Assembly: GCA_963751345.1 (NCBI GenBank)
Contig: CAVVUS010000030.1
Coordinates: 128,001 to 192,000, forward strand
Source of the DNA: an uncultured Chloroflexia bacterium
GTDB lineage: Bacteria; Chloroflexota; Anaerolineae; B4-G1; SLSP01
Direction: 5' to 3'
Length of the DNA stretch: 64,000 nt
Every line of letters starts with the position of its first letter. The first letter of the stretch is position 1. This document shows positions 51,966 to 63,434 of this stretch, piece by piece. The translations under genes and the position numbers were made by a program. Below the pieces are notes generated by a model. It was not told where the DNA came from. It saw nothing but the letters and a program-made list of their open reading frames with translations, and searched no databases.

Positions 51966-54134
51966 CTACTCGGTCTCCGACTCGAGGGCTAACATTGCCT
52001 TCAGTCTGGGCACGTAGTAACGCTCCGTATATTCCTTGACCATACGCCGGGTGGAAAACTGCGGGCCAATGGTGCGGATGGATTCCCGCATCATAGCAAC
52101 CCAGCCGCGCGGTACATAGTCCCGGTCACGCTGGTAGAAGAGCGGGACGACCTGCTCCTCCAGGATACGATAGAGCGCATCCACATCGGCGCGATCTTGC
52201 TCTTCCTGGTTATCGGTCTCGACACCCGAAGCGATTGCCCAACCGTTGCGACCGTTATAGGCCTCAGCCCACCATCCATCGAGAATACTGAGGTTCAGCA
52301 CGCCGTTGAAGCCTGCCTTCATCCCGCTGGTACCGCTCGCCTCGTTGGGCCTGCGCGGAGTATTGAGCCAGACGTCGGCCCCTTGGACCAGGTAACGTGC
52401 AATGTGCATATCGTAGTCCTCTACGAATGCAATGCGTCCGCCGAATCTCGGGTCGCGGGCATAATTATAGAGCTGCTGAAGCAGTAGTTTGCCGGGATCA
52501 TCCGCAGGATGCGCCTTACCGGCGAAGATGAGCTGTACCGGGCGGTACGGATCGTGCACCAACCGCATCAGCCGGTCCACATCCCTAAACAGAAGCGTGG
52601 CACGCTTGTAGGTGGCGAAGCGACGCGCGAACCCAATCACCAGGGCGTTGGGATCCAGGAAAATCCCGGAGGCTAGCAGTTGCTCGGGCGGCACGGCGCG
52701 CGCGATCCAGTCTTGTCGGGCCCGCTCTCGAATGATCGAGAACATCTTCTGCTTGAGGTAGGTGTGAGCATCCCACAATTCGTCATCGGGGATTTCCTCA
52801 ACCCGAGCCCACAACAACGGATCGTCCTGACGACGAATCCAATCGGGGCTGATGTATCTCCGATAAAGCCGGTGCATTCCCTCACCCGTCCACGAAGCCA
52901 GATGCACCCCATTCGTGACGTAGTCGATCGGGACGTCCGCCACCTTCTTGTCCGGCCAGAGGCTCTGCCACATCTGTCTGGTGACCTTACCGTGAAGCTC
53001 GCTCACGCCGTTTGCCTGGCCGGACATCTCCAGTGCCAATTTGGTCATATTGAAGCCGGCTCCATATCCGGCGTCATAACTTCCTAACGCCAGGAAATCG
53101 TTGCGATCCAGCCCCAATTCGGACCAATAGCCGTGGAAGTACTTGTCAATCAGCCCGAAATCAAAGACATCGTGGCCCGCCGGCACCGGGGTGTGGGTCG
53201 TGAAAACGGTCCCGGCTCGAACCCGCTCGCTCGCCTCCGCGAAACTGAGTCCCTGCTTCACGTATTCGCGGGCACGCTCCAGCACCATGAAGGCGGAATG
53301 CCCCTCGTTGATATGCCACACCTTCGGCGCAATCCCCAACCCACGCAGGATACGGACCCCGCCGATCCCCAACAGGATCTCCTGTTGGATTCGCATCTCG
53401 CGGTCACCACCGTAGAGGCGCGCGGTCAGTTGCCGATCCCAGGGAGCATTCTCGTCGACGCCTGCGTCGATGAGATAGAGCCGCGCCCTCCCGACCAGCA
53501 CCTCCCAGAGCTGCAGACAGATGCTCCGGTCACCGACGTCGACGGAAATCGTGCCACACGCATCTTCCTCCAGCGTGATACGCCGCAGAGCCACCTCATC
53601 GGGGTCGAGCGGGGGGTAAATGGCCTCTTGCCAGCCACTGTGATCAAGCCTCTGGCGGAAGTAACCTTGCTCGTAGAGGAAGCCGACCGCGACGAATGGC
53701 AGACCTAGGTCACTGGCTTCTTTGGTGTGGTCACCCGACAGGATGCCCAACCCGCCCGAGTAGATGGGCAGCGAGCTGTGCAAGCCAAACTCGGCGGAAA
53801 AATACGCGATCGGATGCTCGCTGAGCTCAGGATGAATCTGCCGATACCAGGGCTGACCATCCTTTGTCTCGCGATCCAGTTCCATCAAGACAGCGTCAAA
53901 ATCCCGCAGGAAGGCAGGATCCTTGGTCAAGTTGGCGATGCGCTCTTGAGGTGCCTCGCGTAGGATGCGCACCGGATTATGCCGTGTCGTCGTCCAGAGG
54001 GTACGGTCAAACTGCTTGAAAAGGTCACGCGAATCGCGATGCCACGACCACCAAAAATCGTAAGCGAGATCCGCAAGACGTGAGAGACGCGGCGTCAGCT
54101 TTTGGCTGATTTCTTCGTTATAGTTCTTTACCAC
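51966..54134 (-). CDS. glgP: Alpha-glucan (glycogen) phosphorylase
   Basis: YSGGLGILSGD, NEGH, ARRFATYKR, EASGTSGMK (PLP lysine). Confidence 0.95.
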   Translation of the reverse strand: MVKNYNEEISQKLTPRLSRLADLAYDFWWSWHRDSRDLFKQFDRTLWTTTRHNPVRILREAPQERIANLTKDPAFLRDFDAVLMELDRETKDGQPWYRQIHPELSEHPIAYFSAEFGLHSSLPIYSGGLGILSGDHTKEASDLGLPFVAVGFLYEQGYFRQRLDHSGWQEAIYPPLDPDEVALRRITLEEDACGTISVDVGDRSICLQLWEVLVGRARLYLIDAGVDENAPWDRQLTARLYGGDREMRIQQEILLGIGGVRILRGLGIAPKVWHINEGHSAFMVLERAREYVKQGLSFAEASERVRAGTVFTTHTPVPAGHDVFDFGLIDKYFHGYWSELGLDRNDFLALGSYDAGYGAGFNMTKLALEMSGQANGVSELHGKVTRQMWQSLWPDKKVADVPIDYVTNGVHLASWTGEGMHRLYRRYISPDWIRRQDDPLLWARVEEIPDDELWDAHTYLKQKMFSIIRERARQDWIARAVPPEQLLASGIFLDPNALVIGFARRFATYKRATLLFRDVDRLMRLVHDPYRPVQLIFAGKAHPADDPGKLLLQQLYNYARDPRFGGRIAFVEDYDMHIARYLVQGADVWLNTPRRPNEASGTSGMKAGFNGVLNLSILDGWWAEAYNGRNGWAIASGVETDNQEEQDRADVDALYRILEEQVVPLFYQRDRDYVPRGWVAMMRESIRTIGPQFSTRRMVKEYTERYYVPRLKAMLALESETE

Positions 54135-54217
54135 GTGTTACCACTTTCTACCGGCAAATTAGGGATAAGAGCGGGAAATGGCCACGACCCTGCAGCCCCT
54201 GTAATCCGGGGCGGAGG

Positions 54218-55054
54218 TCACGGCCGTATCCACAAAACTAAGACAAACATCAAAAGCGCAATAATCACGAATTCGATGACGATGCGTTGGGTCAGTCGCT
54301 CCAGCAAATGCTGGTAGCCGATGCCGCACCAGATATAGAGCCCAAGTGCCAGCATCGTCGCTGCCGTCCAGGTGGAGATAGGCCAATACCCCAAGATCCA
54401 CGCGAGCTGACTCTCCAGCAAACCGATCGTCGCGCCGTAGAGCATCACCTGGCCGGTCTTGGCACCCGAAGCACTCAAGAGATCCAGCGCAAGCAAACCA
54501 CTTACAAGCAGAACCGATGGCGCGGTGATCAACGCTCTCCCCTGTTGGCCCAAGCTCAGACTGAACAGAACAAAGCCCAGCAGGTAATCCACAACGTTGA
54601 GAAGCGTTCGGGCGCCGGGATAGGAAGGGGTTCGCGATGAGATAGCCTGGTAACTAAAGTGCACCAGGATTCCGATGGTAGCTCCACCAAGAATGAGCGA
54701 GGCAAGCCAGAGCGGCCAGGTGGAAGCTTGGATCAGAAGGACCGAGATCAAAAGAGCCCCGATCGAGGGAGTGATCAAGGAGAAGAGCATCGGCCGCTCC
54801 CGGCTGTCCTGCTGGGGATGATCCTGCACGATGGAAAGGGTACCCGTCGCCACAAGACCGACCACGAGAAGTGTCAGCAGCACGCCGCCGCCGAAGGAAA
54901 ACCCCAGAGGGGATCCGAAAATCTGCAGCGCCCCCCAACTGAGGGTCGGCAACTCGACAAATCGAAAGAGCGTCACACTCGTGAGGACGACCGCCAGCAA
55001 AATGCTTAGCTTGTCTCGCTCAGGACGGAGACGCTCTAGAGCCTGACTAGACAT
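54218..55054 (-). CDS. Multi-pass membrane protein of unknown function
   Basis: About 9 hydrophobic segments; preceded by TTGACA-N16-TAGAAT 6 nt before the ATG. Confidence 0.75.
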   Translation of the reverse strand: MSSQALERLRPERDKLSILLAVVLTSVTLFRFVELPTLSWGALQIFGSPLGFSFGGGVLLTLLVVGLVATGTLSIVQDHPQQDSRERPMLFSLITPSIGALLISVLLIQASTWPLWLASLILGGATIGILVHFSYQAISSRTPSYPGARTLLNVVDYLLGFVLFSLSLGQQGRALITAPSVLLVSGLLALDLLSASGAKTGQVMLYGATIGLLESQLAWILGYWPISTWTAATMLALGLYIWCGIGYQHLLERLTQRIVIEFVIIALLMFVLVLWIRP

Positions 55055-55178
55055 TTGGCTATTCTACCGGTCTGGTGATGCTTGTCAACCCCTAAAGACC
55101 ACTTGATCGCAATAAGGATTGCAGGAATCAAGGCCAAACCCCCTCGGCAGGGGCATACGGTAGCCAAATCGCTCAACG

Positions 55179-55527
<349 letters not shown>

Positions 55528-55542
55528 GGCGACTCGGCAGGA

Positions 55543-56997
55543 CTACCGGAGGTCCTTCGTCAGGACGTCCAGGAATTCACGATTGGTGCGGGACTTGCGC
55601 AACTGCGCCAGCAACGCCTCATGGGCCGCGGTGATATCATAGCCCTGCTGTGTCGCCGTACCCGACATCATTTGCGAGACCATCCGGCGCATCAGCCATA
55701 CCTTGCGCAGGGTCTCCTTATCCAACAACAGCTCCTCGCGCCGCGTGCCCGAACGGATGATGTCGAAGGCCGGGAAGATACGCCGCTCCTCCAACTTGCG
55801 ATTGAGGTGGAGTTCCATGTTACCCGTCCCCTTGAACTCCTCGTAGATCATATCATCCATCCGGCTGCCGGTGTCGATGAGGCACGTCGCCAGGATCGTC
55901 AGGCTTCCGCCTTCCTCGATATTGCGGGCCGCACCGAAGAAGCGTTTGGGCGGATAGAGCGCCGCGGGGTCAAGACCGCCGGAAAGCGTACGACCACTGG
56001 GTTGGACCGTCAGGTTGTAAGCCCGTGTCAGCCGGGTCAGGCTGTCCATCAGGATCGCCACGTCACGGCCCACCTCCACCAAGCGCTTGGCGCGATGGAG
56101 TGCCATCTCCGCCACGTGCGCCTGGTGCTCCACGGCCTCATCAAACGTCGAGCTGATCACCTCAGCATCGACGGAGCGGTCCATGTCCGTGACCTCCTCA
56201 GGACGCTCGCCAATCAACACGACCATCAGATGGACGTCCGGATGGTTGGCGGAGATGCCGTTGGCCACCTTCTTGAGGACCGTGGTCTTGCCTGCCTTGG
56301 GCGGCGAGACGATCAAACCGCGCTGACCGAAGCCGATAGGTGTCACCAGCTCAACCAAGCGCTGCGTGAGCATCCGCGGACCGGTGTTCAGATTAAAGGC
56401 CCGATTCGGAAAGATGGGGGTCAATCGCTCGAAATGCGGGCGATGTTTTGCCAACTCCGGATCCATGCCATTCACAGCCTCAATTCGCAGAAGGCTGCGG
56501 TACTTCTCCGTATCCTTCGGTGGACGCACCTGCCCGACCACCATATCGCCACTCCGCAGACCAAACCGCCGGATCTGGCTCTGGGACACGTAGACATCGT
56601 CCGAACCTGGGGCGTAGCGTGAGGATCGCAGGAATCCGATGCCTTCGTCTACGATTTCGAGGATCCCGCCGCCGAAGCTGAACCCCTCGCGCTCTGCCTT
56701 CGTCCTCAACAGTAGAAGGATCAGGTCATCCTTCTTGAGGCCACTGTACCCGGAAACCCGATAGTCTCGCGCCAACTCCCGCAGCTCATGTAGGCGCATG
56801 CGTTCCAGGTCCGCCATGTCCATCTTGCGCAGTACGTCGACCTGTGAACTCCCACGGCTCTCCTCACGTCCGTGGTGGTCTCCGTCTCCCTCCGATGCCG
56901 ATACTTCCGGCTCCTCTACCACGACTGCTTCGGGTTCCTCCTCTGGTTCCGAGAACTCGAACTCATCTTCAACTCGCAGCTGTTCCTCTGAATGCAC
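55543..56997 (-). CDS. rho: Transcription termination factor Rho
   Basis: [41 protein letters not shown]. Confidence 0.97.
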   Translation of the reverse strand: MHSEEQLRVEDEFEFSEPEEEPEAVVVEEPEVSASEGDGDHHGREESRGSSQVDVLRKMDMADLERMRLHELRELARDYRVSGYSGLKKDDLILLLLRTKAEREGFSFGGGILEIVDEGIGFLRSSRYAPGSDDVYVSQSQIRRFGLRSGDMVVGQVRPPKDTEKYRSLLRIEAVNGMDPELAKHRPHFERLTPIFPNRAFNLNTGPRMLTQRLVELVTPIGFGQRGLIVSPPKAGKTTVLKKVANGISANHPDVHLMVVLIGERPEEVTDMDRSVDAEVISSTFDEAVEHQAHVAEMALHRAKRLVEVGRDVAILMDSLTRLTRAYNLTVQPSGRTLSGGLDPAALYPPKRFFGAARNIEEGGSLTILATCLIDTGSRMDDMIYEEFKGTGNMELHLNRKLEERRIFPAFDIIRSGTRREELLLDKETLRKVWLMRRMVSQMMSGTATQQGYDITAAHEALLAQLRKSRTNREFLDVLTKDLR

Positions 56998-57035
56998 GTT
57001 ACCCCTCCTGAATGGTTACCTGTAAACCATATGGT

Positions 57036-57855
57036 TTATGTCAATAGTCGGGCGAGTACATCGCCCAGAATCCCAGCCCACAGAAGGCTGTCAATACGAT
57101 CCAACATACCCCCATGACCTGGGATCAAGCTGCCCGTATCTTTGACCCCAACCTCACGTTTCATCATCGATACGAAGAAGTCACCTGCCGGGCAGAAAAC
57201 GCTCAAGATAATGCCAAGGACAAATCCTTGCCAGACGGTGAAGAATCGCCGTCTGACCGAAAAGCACTGGCCACAACCAAACCAAGAATCCGCCGGCCAA
57301 AGAGCCACCCAGTACCTGAGCAGCATACCCCTCCCAACTCTTGCCGGGGCTAATGGTCGGTGCCATCTTGTGGCGCCCCCATTTACGTCCGATGAAATAG
57401 GCCGCAGAATCACCAATCCAGACGATCGCGCACGCCGTAAGAATCCACCAAAGCCCTCCAGGCCGGGCCCTTAAGCTGATCAAGTTGGCGCCGCCCAGCC
57501 CCAGATACATAGCGCCGGACAGTGTCAGGGCCCACTGTTCGCTCGGAGCCAGTCGCTCAGGGTGGATGACCAACTGCACCAACTCCCACAGTGAGAGGGC
57601 CAGAACCGCGATAGAGATGGCCGGCAGAAACCACGGGCGATTGGTCCATACGGCATTAGCTTCCCATATCAGCGTGATACCCAATATCAAGGGCAGACTG
57701 AAAGCATACCCTTTGCGACGAAACATCCTTATCAACTCGAACGCCGCCAAGAACATCACGGCAACGATAAGCAGGTTATAAATCCATCCTCCGAGAACAA
57801 AGATCAATACAGCCAAAGGTAGCAGGACGACGGCACTGATGATTCTCTGTCTCAC
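57036..57855 (-). CDS. cdsA: Phosphatidate cytidylyltransferase; frameshift near 57240
   Basis: DSAAYFIG..ISPGKSWEG, then GDFFVSMMKREVGVKDTGSLIPGHGGMLDRIDS. Confidence 0.92.
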
Positions 57856-58237
57856 CGAGTAGCTCTACTTTCGGGTCTTCAGGATGTAAATGGCAGTGGA
57901 TCGGCCCTACGTTGTCTCAAGGAGTAGCGTAATAATCCGCAACTGCTCATGAGCTATCATCGCCATGCTAAGAGCCGCCAGGGCGCCCTTACCTGTAGGC
58001 AACACTCTCACATGAGACGAGCCATCACTCGGACTTGGCCAAGAGCCAACCTATGAGGCAATGCCGAAAGTGGCACCGATCACTCGCAGGGCGCATGCTC
58101 GGAAATCACCGAGCGCGCCTGAGGTATGACTCAGTCCAAATCTAAAGAGATGAAAGGTCAGTGCTGGCTTTGAGGGGCTGGGCTCCCTAGGAGAATCGTT
58201 CCCAGGGGGGAGATTCGGAAAAGATATAAATATACTG

Positions 58238-58969
58238 CTAGTTTCTACTCAATCCACCGTAGCGACGATCACGCTCACCAAAGGCCTTCAATGCTCTGTA
58301 AAACTCAGCCTTGTCAAAATCCGGCCAATACACGGGTGTGATATAGTACTCTGCATAGGCGCCCTGCCACAACATGAAATTGCTCACCCGAAACTCCCCA
58401 CTGGTTCTGATGATCAGGTCAACGTCGGGTAGTCCGGCTGTATACAGGTGCGCACCGATGGTATCGGCTGTAATATCCTCCGCTGGTATCTTCTCTCGGA
58501 CGATATCGCGAACAGCAGCAACAATCTCCTGACGTCCACCATAGTTGAAAGCGATATTGGCAATCAGACGATCGTTATTACGCGTTAACTCTACTGCTGT
58601 CCGGATCTGACGTTTGAGGGCATCAGACAATGGAGTCAAATCCCCAATGTGTCTTAATTGTACACCATTTTTGTGTAATTCGTCAACTTCTTTCTCCAAT
58701 GCTTCACCAAGAAGGCGAAGTAGTCCCCGGATCTCTTCTTCAGGTCGCGTCCAGTTCTCAGTGGAGAAAGCATAGAGCGTCACAACCGGCACGTCCAGCT
58801 CGACAGCGGCACGCAGAACGCGACGCAAGTTTTCGACTCCGGCACGATGCCCTGCCAGGCGAAACATCCCGTGGTCTCGTGCCCAACGTCCGTTACCGTC
58901 CATAATGATGCCGACATGCTTAGGCATCATGGGGAGGGGTGGATAACTACTTTGAGGCATATCGCTCAT
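58238..58969 (-). CDS. uppS: Undecaprenyl/isoprenyl diphosphate synthase
   Basis: IMDGNGRWA, YAFSTENW, NYGGR, IRTSGEFRVSNF. Confidence 0.96.
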   Translation of the reverse strand: MSDMPQSSYPPLPMMPKHVGIIMDGNGRWARDHGMFRLAGHRAGVENLRRVLRAAVELDVPVVTLYAFSTENWTRPEEEIRGLLRLLGEALEKEVDELHKNGVQLRHIGDLTPLSDALKRQIRTAVELTRNNDRLIANIAFNYGGRQEIVAAVRDIVREKIPAEDITADTIGAHLYTAGLPDVDLIIRTSGEFRVSNFMLWQGAYAEYYITPVYWPDFDKAEFYRALKAFGERDRRYGGLSRN

Positions 58970-58981
58970 GGATTCCCCTAC

Positions 58982-59539
58982 TCAGATCTCCATGATATCC
59001 TGTTCTTTGCGAACGCCAACCTCATCTACCTGTTCCACATACTTATCCGTCAGGTCCTGCAGATCATCCTGACCTCGCTTCAATTCGTCCTCCGAGATCA
59101 GGCTCTCGCCCTCGTACTCACGCAAATCATCCAGGGTGTCACGGCGGATGTTGCGCAATGCAACTTTAGCCTCTTCGAGGCGGCGACTCACCCGTTTCAC
59201 CATCTCGCGACGCCGCTCCTCCGTAAGCCGGGGAATCGGCACACGGATCAACCGCCCGTCGTTCCCGGGATTCAAGCCCAGATCCGCCGACATAATCGCT
59301 TTCTCAATATCGCTGAGCGATGTGGGATCAAAGGGGCGGACCACCAGCAAGTTCGGCTCCGGAGCTGAGATCACGGCCAACTGATTCAGAGGCGTCAGGG
59401 TACCATAATACTCTACCATCACACGTTCGACCAGAGCGGGAGATGCACGGCCAGTCCGGACGGTCTTGAGGTCCTGCTCCAATGCCTGCACAGTCTTGAC
59501 CATCCGACTCTCAGTATCTTGTAGTAGTTCCCTGATCAT
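58982..59539 (-). CDS. frr: Ribosome recycling factor
   Basis: RTGRASP, LGLNP, PRLTEERR, LRNIRRD. Confidence 0.96.
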   Translation of the reverse strand: MIRELLQDTESRMVKTVQALEQDLKTVRTGRASPALVERVMVEYYGTLTPLNQLAVISAPEPNLLVVRPFDPTSLSDIEKAIMSADLGLNPGNDGRLIRVPIPRLTEERRREMVKRVSRRLEEAKVALRNIRRDTLDDLREYEGESLISEDELKRGQDDLQDLTDKYVEQVDEVGVRKEQDIMEI

Positions 59540-59609
59540 GTTGCTAGACCTCCTCGAAATCGCTGGGCCCGATTACCTCGTCATCACAGCCGGCAGCCGC
59601 TGCCGCCAA

Positions 59610-60326
59610 TCAGCCGCCGATCAGCGTGCCGACCAACTCGCCGCAGACGACCCGGTCCAAGCTACCCTCGTCCCACAGGTTCAGGACGACGATCGGAACG
59701 TGGTTGTCCATACACAGCGTGACTGCAGTCGAATCCATAACCCCCAACTGCATATTGAGCGCATCAAGATACGTAAGCCGGTCGAAACGCTTCGCCGCCG
59801 GATATTTGTGGGGGTCCTTGTCATAGACGCCGTCCACCTTGGTCGCCTTAACCAACAGATCAGCGCCAATCTCTGCTGCGCGCAAGGCCGCGGCGGTATC
59901 CGTCGTGAAGTAGGGGTTGCCCGTCCCGGCACCAAACACCACCACGCGTCCCTTCTCCAGATGTCGCACGGCCCTGAGTCGAATATAGGGTTCGGCAATC
60001 GCGCGCATCTCAACCGCGGTTTGAACACGCGTGATGACACCCTGGCGCTCAAGCGCATCGGCAAGCGCCAGGGCATTCATCACCGTGGCCAACATGCCGA
60101 TCTGGTCGGCCCGCGTGCGATCCATACCGGTGGCCATCCCATCCGTGCCACGCCAGAGGTTTCCGCCGCCGATGACGATACCGACCTCGATATCACGGGC
60201 ATGGATTGCGGCGATGCGCGCCGCGACAATCTCAGCTTGCGCCGGATCGATACCACATCCACCGGGATTGGATAGCGATTCCCCACCGATCTTGATGATC
60301 ACACGTCTGTAGAATGGCTGTGTCAC
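59610..60326 (-). CDS. pyrH: UMP kinase
   Basis: [34 protein letters not shown]. The start may instead be at 60338. Confidence 0.95.
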   Translation of the reverse strand: MTQPFYRRVIIKIGGESLSNPGGCGIDPAQAEIVAARIAAIHARDIEVGIVIGGGNLWRGTDGMATGMDRTRADQIGMLATVMNALALADALERQGVITRVQTAVEMRAIAEPYIRLRAVRHLEKGRVVVFGAGTGNPYFTTDTAAALRAAEIGADLLVKATKVDGVYDKDPHKYPAAKRFDRLTYLDALNMQLGVMDSTAVTLCMDNHVPIVVLNLWDEGSLDRVVCGELVGTLIGG

Positions 60327-60340
60327 AGTGGCCCTCACTT

Positions 60341-60376
60341 AAGAAAAGCCTGGGGGCTAATCCCCCAGGCTTTCTC
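60341..60376 (-). terminator. Terminator-like hairpin between tsf and pyrH
   Basis: AAAGCCTGGGGG attag CCCCCAGGCTTT followed by TCTT; overlaps the tsf stop codon. Confidence 0.7.
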
Positions 60377-60962
60377 CTAACTGATAGCGGGAAAAACGTC
60401 GGATGACGATATTCTCGCCGGTCTTGCTGATCTGTGCCTTGAGCAATTCCTCGATGGTCGTATCTTCGTCGCGGATGAAATCCTGCTCCAGGAGACAAAC
60501 CTGTTGATAGAACTTTTCCAAACGCCCCTCAACGATGCGGTCGATGACCTGTTCCGGCTTGCCTTCCTCCAGGGCCTGGGCGCGATATAGCTGTCGCTCG
60601 TGCTCCAGGAGATCCTCCGGCACGTCCGCCCGGGCCACGAACTGCGGCGCCAACGCTGCGATCTGCATCGCGACGTCGTTGACAAAGCCCTGGAACTCGT
60701 CAGTTCGTGCAACGAAGTCCGTCTCGCAGTTCACCTCGATCAAGACGCCGATGCGTCCGCCCGAATGGATATAAGCGTGAACCAAGCCTTCTTTGGCCTG
60801 ACGGTCCATTCGCTTGGCAGCCTGAGACAAGCCACGCTCGCGCAGGAAGTCCACAGCGCCATCGAAGCTCCCATCTGCGGCTTCCAGTGCCTTGCGGCAG
60901 TCCAAAATGCCGGCGCCCGTGGCCTCACGTAGTTCCTTAACCATTCCGGCAGTAATTGTCAT
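60357..60962 (-). CDS. tsf: Elongation factor Ts (short form)
   Basis: [26 protein letters not shown]. Confidence 0.96.
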   Translation of the reverse strand: MTITAGMVKELREATGAGILDCRKALEAADGSFDGAVDFLRERGLSQAAKRMDRQAKEGLVHAYIHSGGRIGVLIEVNCETDFVARTDEFQGFVNDVAMQIAALAPQFVARADVPEDLLEHERQLYRAQALEEGKPEQVIDRIVEGRLEKFYQQVCLLEQDFIRDEDTTIEELLKAQISKTGENIVIRRFSRYQLGESLGD

Positions 60963-61837
60963 AGCTCGTCCTCCACAACGTCCTCGTCCTCTTCCTCGTC
61001 GTCTTCATACACATACTCTTCATCTTCATCCACGTCTTCGTCCGTATCCCCATCATCCTCGAATTGGATACGGCGTAGGCGAGCCAAGGTCTCGGCGCTC
61101 AGGTACTTCTCGTCCTCCGCATAGACCTCTTCTTCTTCAGGTGCCATTTCCTTCCGGAGTGCAATTCCCTCAAGCGCGGCATCCGCGATCTTCGAGGTGA
61201 GCAAGCGAATTGCGCGAATCGCATCATCGTTGGCGGGGATAACATAGTCGATCAGATCGGGATCACAGTTCGTGTCCACCACGGCCACGATGGGAATCCC
61301 AAGCCGGTCGGCCTCTTTCACCGCCGTCGACTCGTTGTTCACATCGATAATGAAGACAGCTCCCGGGAGCCGTTCCATATCCTTGATGCCGCCAAGACGC
61401 ACATTCAGCTTCTCAATCTCCCGATCGCGCGTCAAAGCCTCTCGCTTGGTGAGCAGGGCGAACTCCCCAGCCTCCCTACGCGCCTCGAGGTCCTTAAGAT
61501 GGTCAATCCGCTCTTTGATGGTCTTCCAGTTGGTCAGCGTACCGCCGAGCCACCGCTGATTCACATAGGGCATCCCAGCGCGGGTCGACTCCAACCGAAT
61601 GCTCTCCTGGGCCTGGCGCTTCGTTCCCACAAAGAGGATCTTCCCCCCGTTGGCAACGATATCGCGGACCAACGCATACGCCTTGTCAAGTGCTTTCACG
61701 GTCTGCTGTAGATCAATGATGTGAACCCCATTGCGCTCCGTATAGATATAGCGCGCCATCTTGGGATCCCACCGCCGCGTTCGATGACCGAAATGAACAC
61801 CGGTCTCCAGCAGTTGCTTCATCGTCACAATCGCCAT
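60959..61837 (-). CDS. rpsB: 30S ribosomal protein S2
   Basis: [32 protein letters not shown]; acidic tail. Confidence 0.97.
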   Translation of the reverse strand: MAIVTMKQLLETGVHFGHRTRRWDPKMARYIYTERNGVHIIDLQQTVKALDKAYALVRDIVANGGKILFVGTKRQAQESIRLESTRAGMPYVNQRWLGGTLTNWKTIKERIDHLKDLEARREAGEFALLTKREALTRDREIEKLNVRLGGIKDMERLPGAVFIIDVNNESTAVKEADRLGIPIVAVVDTNCDPDLIDYVIPANDDAIRAIRLLTSKIADAALEGIALRKEMAPEEEEVYAEDEKYLSAETLARLRRIQFEDDGDTDEDVDEDEEYVYEDDEEEDEDVVEDEL

Positions 61838-61864
61838 AAACCTCAATCCTCCTGATTTGTTTTT

Positions 61865-61941
61865 GGGCCTCCGCGATGTTCATCCCGCAAGAGGACCGGA
61901 CACTGCCGGCACACCCCCTCACAGTCCCACCGCGTGTGTAT
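61865..61941 (-). promoter_or_regulatory. Probable rpsB (S2) autoregulatory leader; promoter at 61966-61993
   Basis: ACAC-GCGGTG...GGGTGTG...GGGATG..CATCGC-GGAGG stem arrangement resembles the S2 leader. Upstream TTGTCG-N16-TAGAAT with TG extension. Confidence 0.55.
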
Positions 61942-62112
61942 TGGGTCTGGTTAGCCCGAACGAAGATTCTACCACAAAAGGCGCTTACGACAACCGCCAC
62001 ACACGCGGACACCTTGCGAAGGAAGGCCACCATTGGCGGTTCCCATGGACTCTGGTAAGATGTTGGCGGCGTGCCCTGCCGAACGGGCAACTTCCATCCT
62101 GGATCCGGAGCG

Positions 62113-63417
62113 ATGATGGGACCAACTACATCGAACTTGTCTGGCGTCATGTCCAGTCTCTGGCTGTGGGGATATCTCATTCCCCTCGGCCTGCTCTTGC
62201 TTGTATGGGGAGGCTTGGCGCCGGAAAAGGCACGCCGGGTGACACCGATGGCGGCGCTCGCGCTTGCGCTGGCTGCCCTGGGATATTGGGCGGTCGGGTT
62301 TGCCCTCCACATGGGAGGGGCTGAGGCTGTCAACCCAGCGGATCCTACACTTCAGGGACTGCATACGCTCTTTTCATTGGTTCCGGATGATCCCGGATGG
62401 GGCCTCGTCGGGCTGGCGGGTTTCTTCCTGTCGGGTGAGACAGCGCAGTCCGGCGGGTTTTCCCTCTTCCTGGCATACCTCCCCCTCATCGCAGCTTCAG
62501 TTCTGATGGTTACCCTGGCCCTGGCACATACACGCCGGTGGATCATGGTGATGGCGGGGGGACTGACCGGAACCATCATCGTGCCCGTGGCGGCGTGCTG
62601 GATGTGGGGCAGCGGCTGGCTCTCGCACCTGGGCGACACCCTGGGGCTCGCATACGGCTACGTGGACTTCGGCGGTACCACGCTGCTCCTCTGGCTTCCG
62701 GGATTGCTCGTCCTGCCGATTCTGTTACTTCAGCCCCGAGAATCGGCAACGGACGCGACAACGCCACCACCCACCTATGCGCCGCTGATGGCAAATGCGG
62801 GCGCCCTGCTCATGGGCCTCGGCTGGTTCGGATGGACCCTCTCCGATCCTTTCCACATGTCGGGAGCGCTCCTAAATTGGGACCGCGCGGCAGTTAGCAT
62901 GCTGCTCGCGATGGCCGGCGCTGTCGTGACGGCCCAACTATATGCGTGGTTGGTGATGGGCAAGCCGGAAATACTCCTGGCCGCGCAAGGTCTGGCGGCG
63001 GGATGGGGAGCTATCCTTGGCTGCGCGCCGTTCTTGCCGCCCTGGGGTGCTCTGATCACCGGAATGCTGGCCGGCCTCGCCTTCCCATTCATCCACTACG
63101 CCGTGCGCTCTTCCCTCAGGATTCGCGACGCGACGGCGGCTGTCGCGCTGGCGCTCACCAGCGGCCCTGTGGGACTGCTGGGTTCGACCCTGCTCGCGGA
63201 TGGGCGCTGGGGACAGGGATGGAACGGCATAGGACTGGCGCCGGATGGCAACTTCACCGGCCCCGGCGTCAGCAGCATCTTTGTCAGTGGCAACACCCAG
63301 CAGCTAACGGCGCAATTGGCCGGATTGGTGGCGGTGGGCATCTGGGGGCTGCTATGGGGAGCCATCCTCGGTGTGATCGCCAGCCCCAACCTGTTGGGCC
63401 GTTGGGGCCGGGACTAG
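62113..63417 (+). CDS. Divergent ammonium-transporter (Amt)-fold membrane protein
   Basis: YWAVGFAL, WMWGSGWL, YVDFGG, GWFGW, ~11 TM helices; the canonical histidines are absent. Confidence 0.75.
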   Translation: MMGPTTSNLSGVMSSLWLWGYLIPLGLLLLVWGGLAPEKARRVTPMAALALALAALGYWAVGFALHMGGAEAVNPADPTLQGLHTLFSLVPDDPGWGLVGLAGFFLSGETAQSGGFSLFLAYLPLIAASVLMVTLALAHTRRWIMVMAGGLTGTIIVPVAACWMWGSGWLSHLGDTLGLAYGYVDFGGTTLLLWLPGLLVLPILLLQPRESATDATTPPPTYAPLMANAGALLMGLGWFGWTLSDPFHMSGALLNWDRAAVSMLLAMAGAVVTAQLYAWLVMGKPEILLAAQGLAAGWGAILGCAPFLPPWGALITGMLAGLAFPFIHYAVRSSLRIRDATAAVALALTSGPVGLLGSTLLADGRWGQGWNGIGLAPDGNFTGPGVSSIFVSGNTQQLTAQLAGLVAVGIWGLLWGAILGVIASPNLLGRWGRD

Positions 63418-63434
63418 AGTGAAAGAAGCGAGTT

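Noticed and set aside
57019-57046. dif-like site (TTATGTCAA arm); similar TTATGTTGAC on the - strand near 3672-3681
   Set aside because: Only the XerD-like half matches; there is no ATAA-ending XerC arm at 6-bp spacing.
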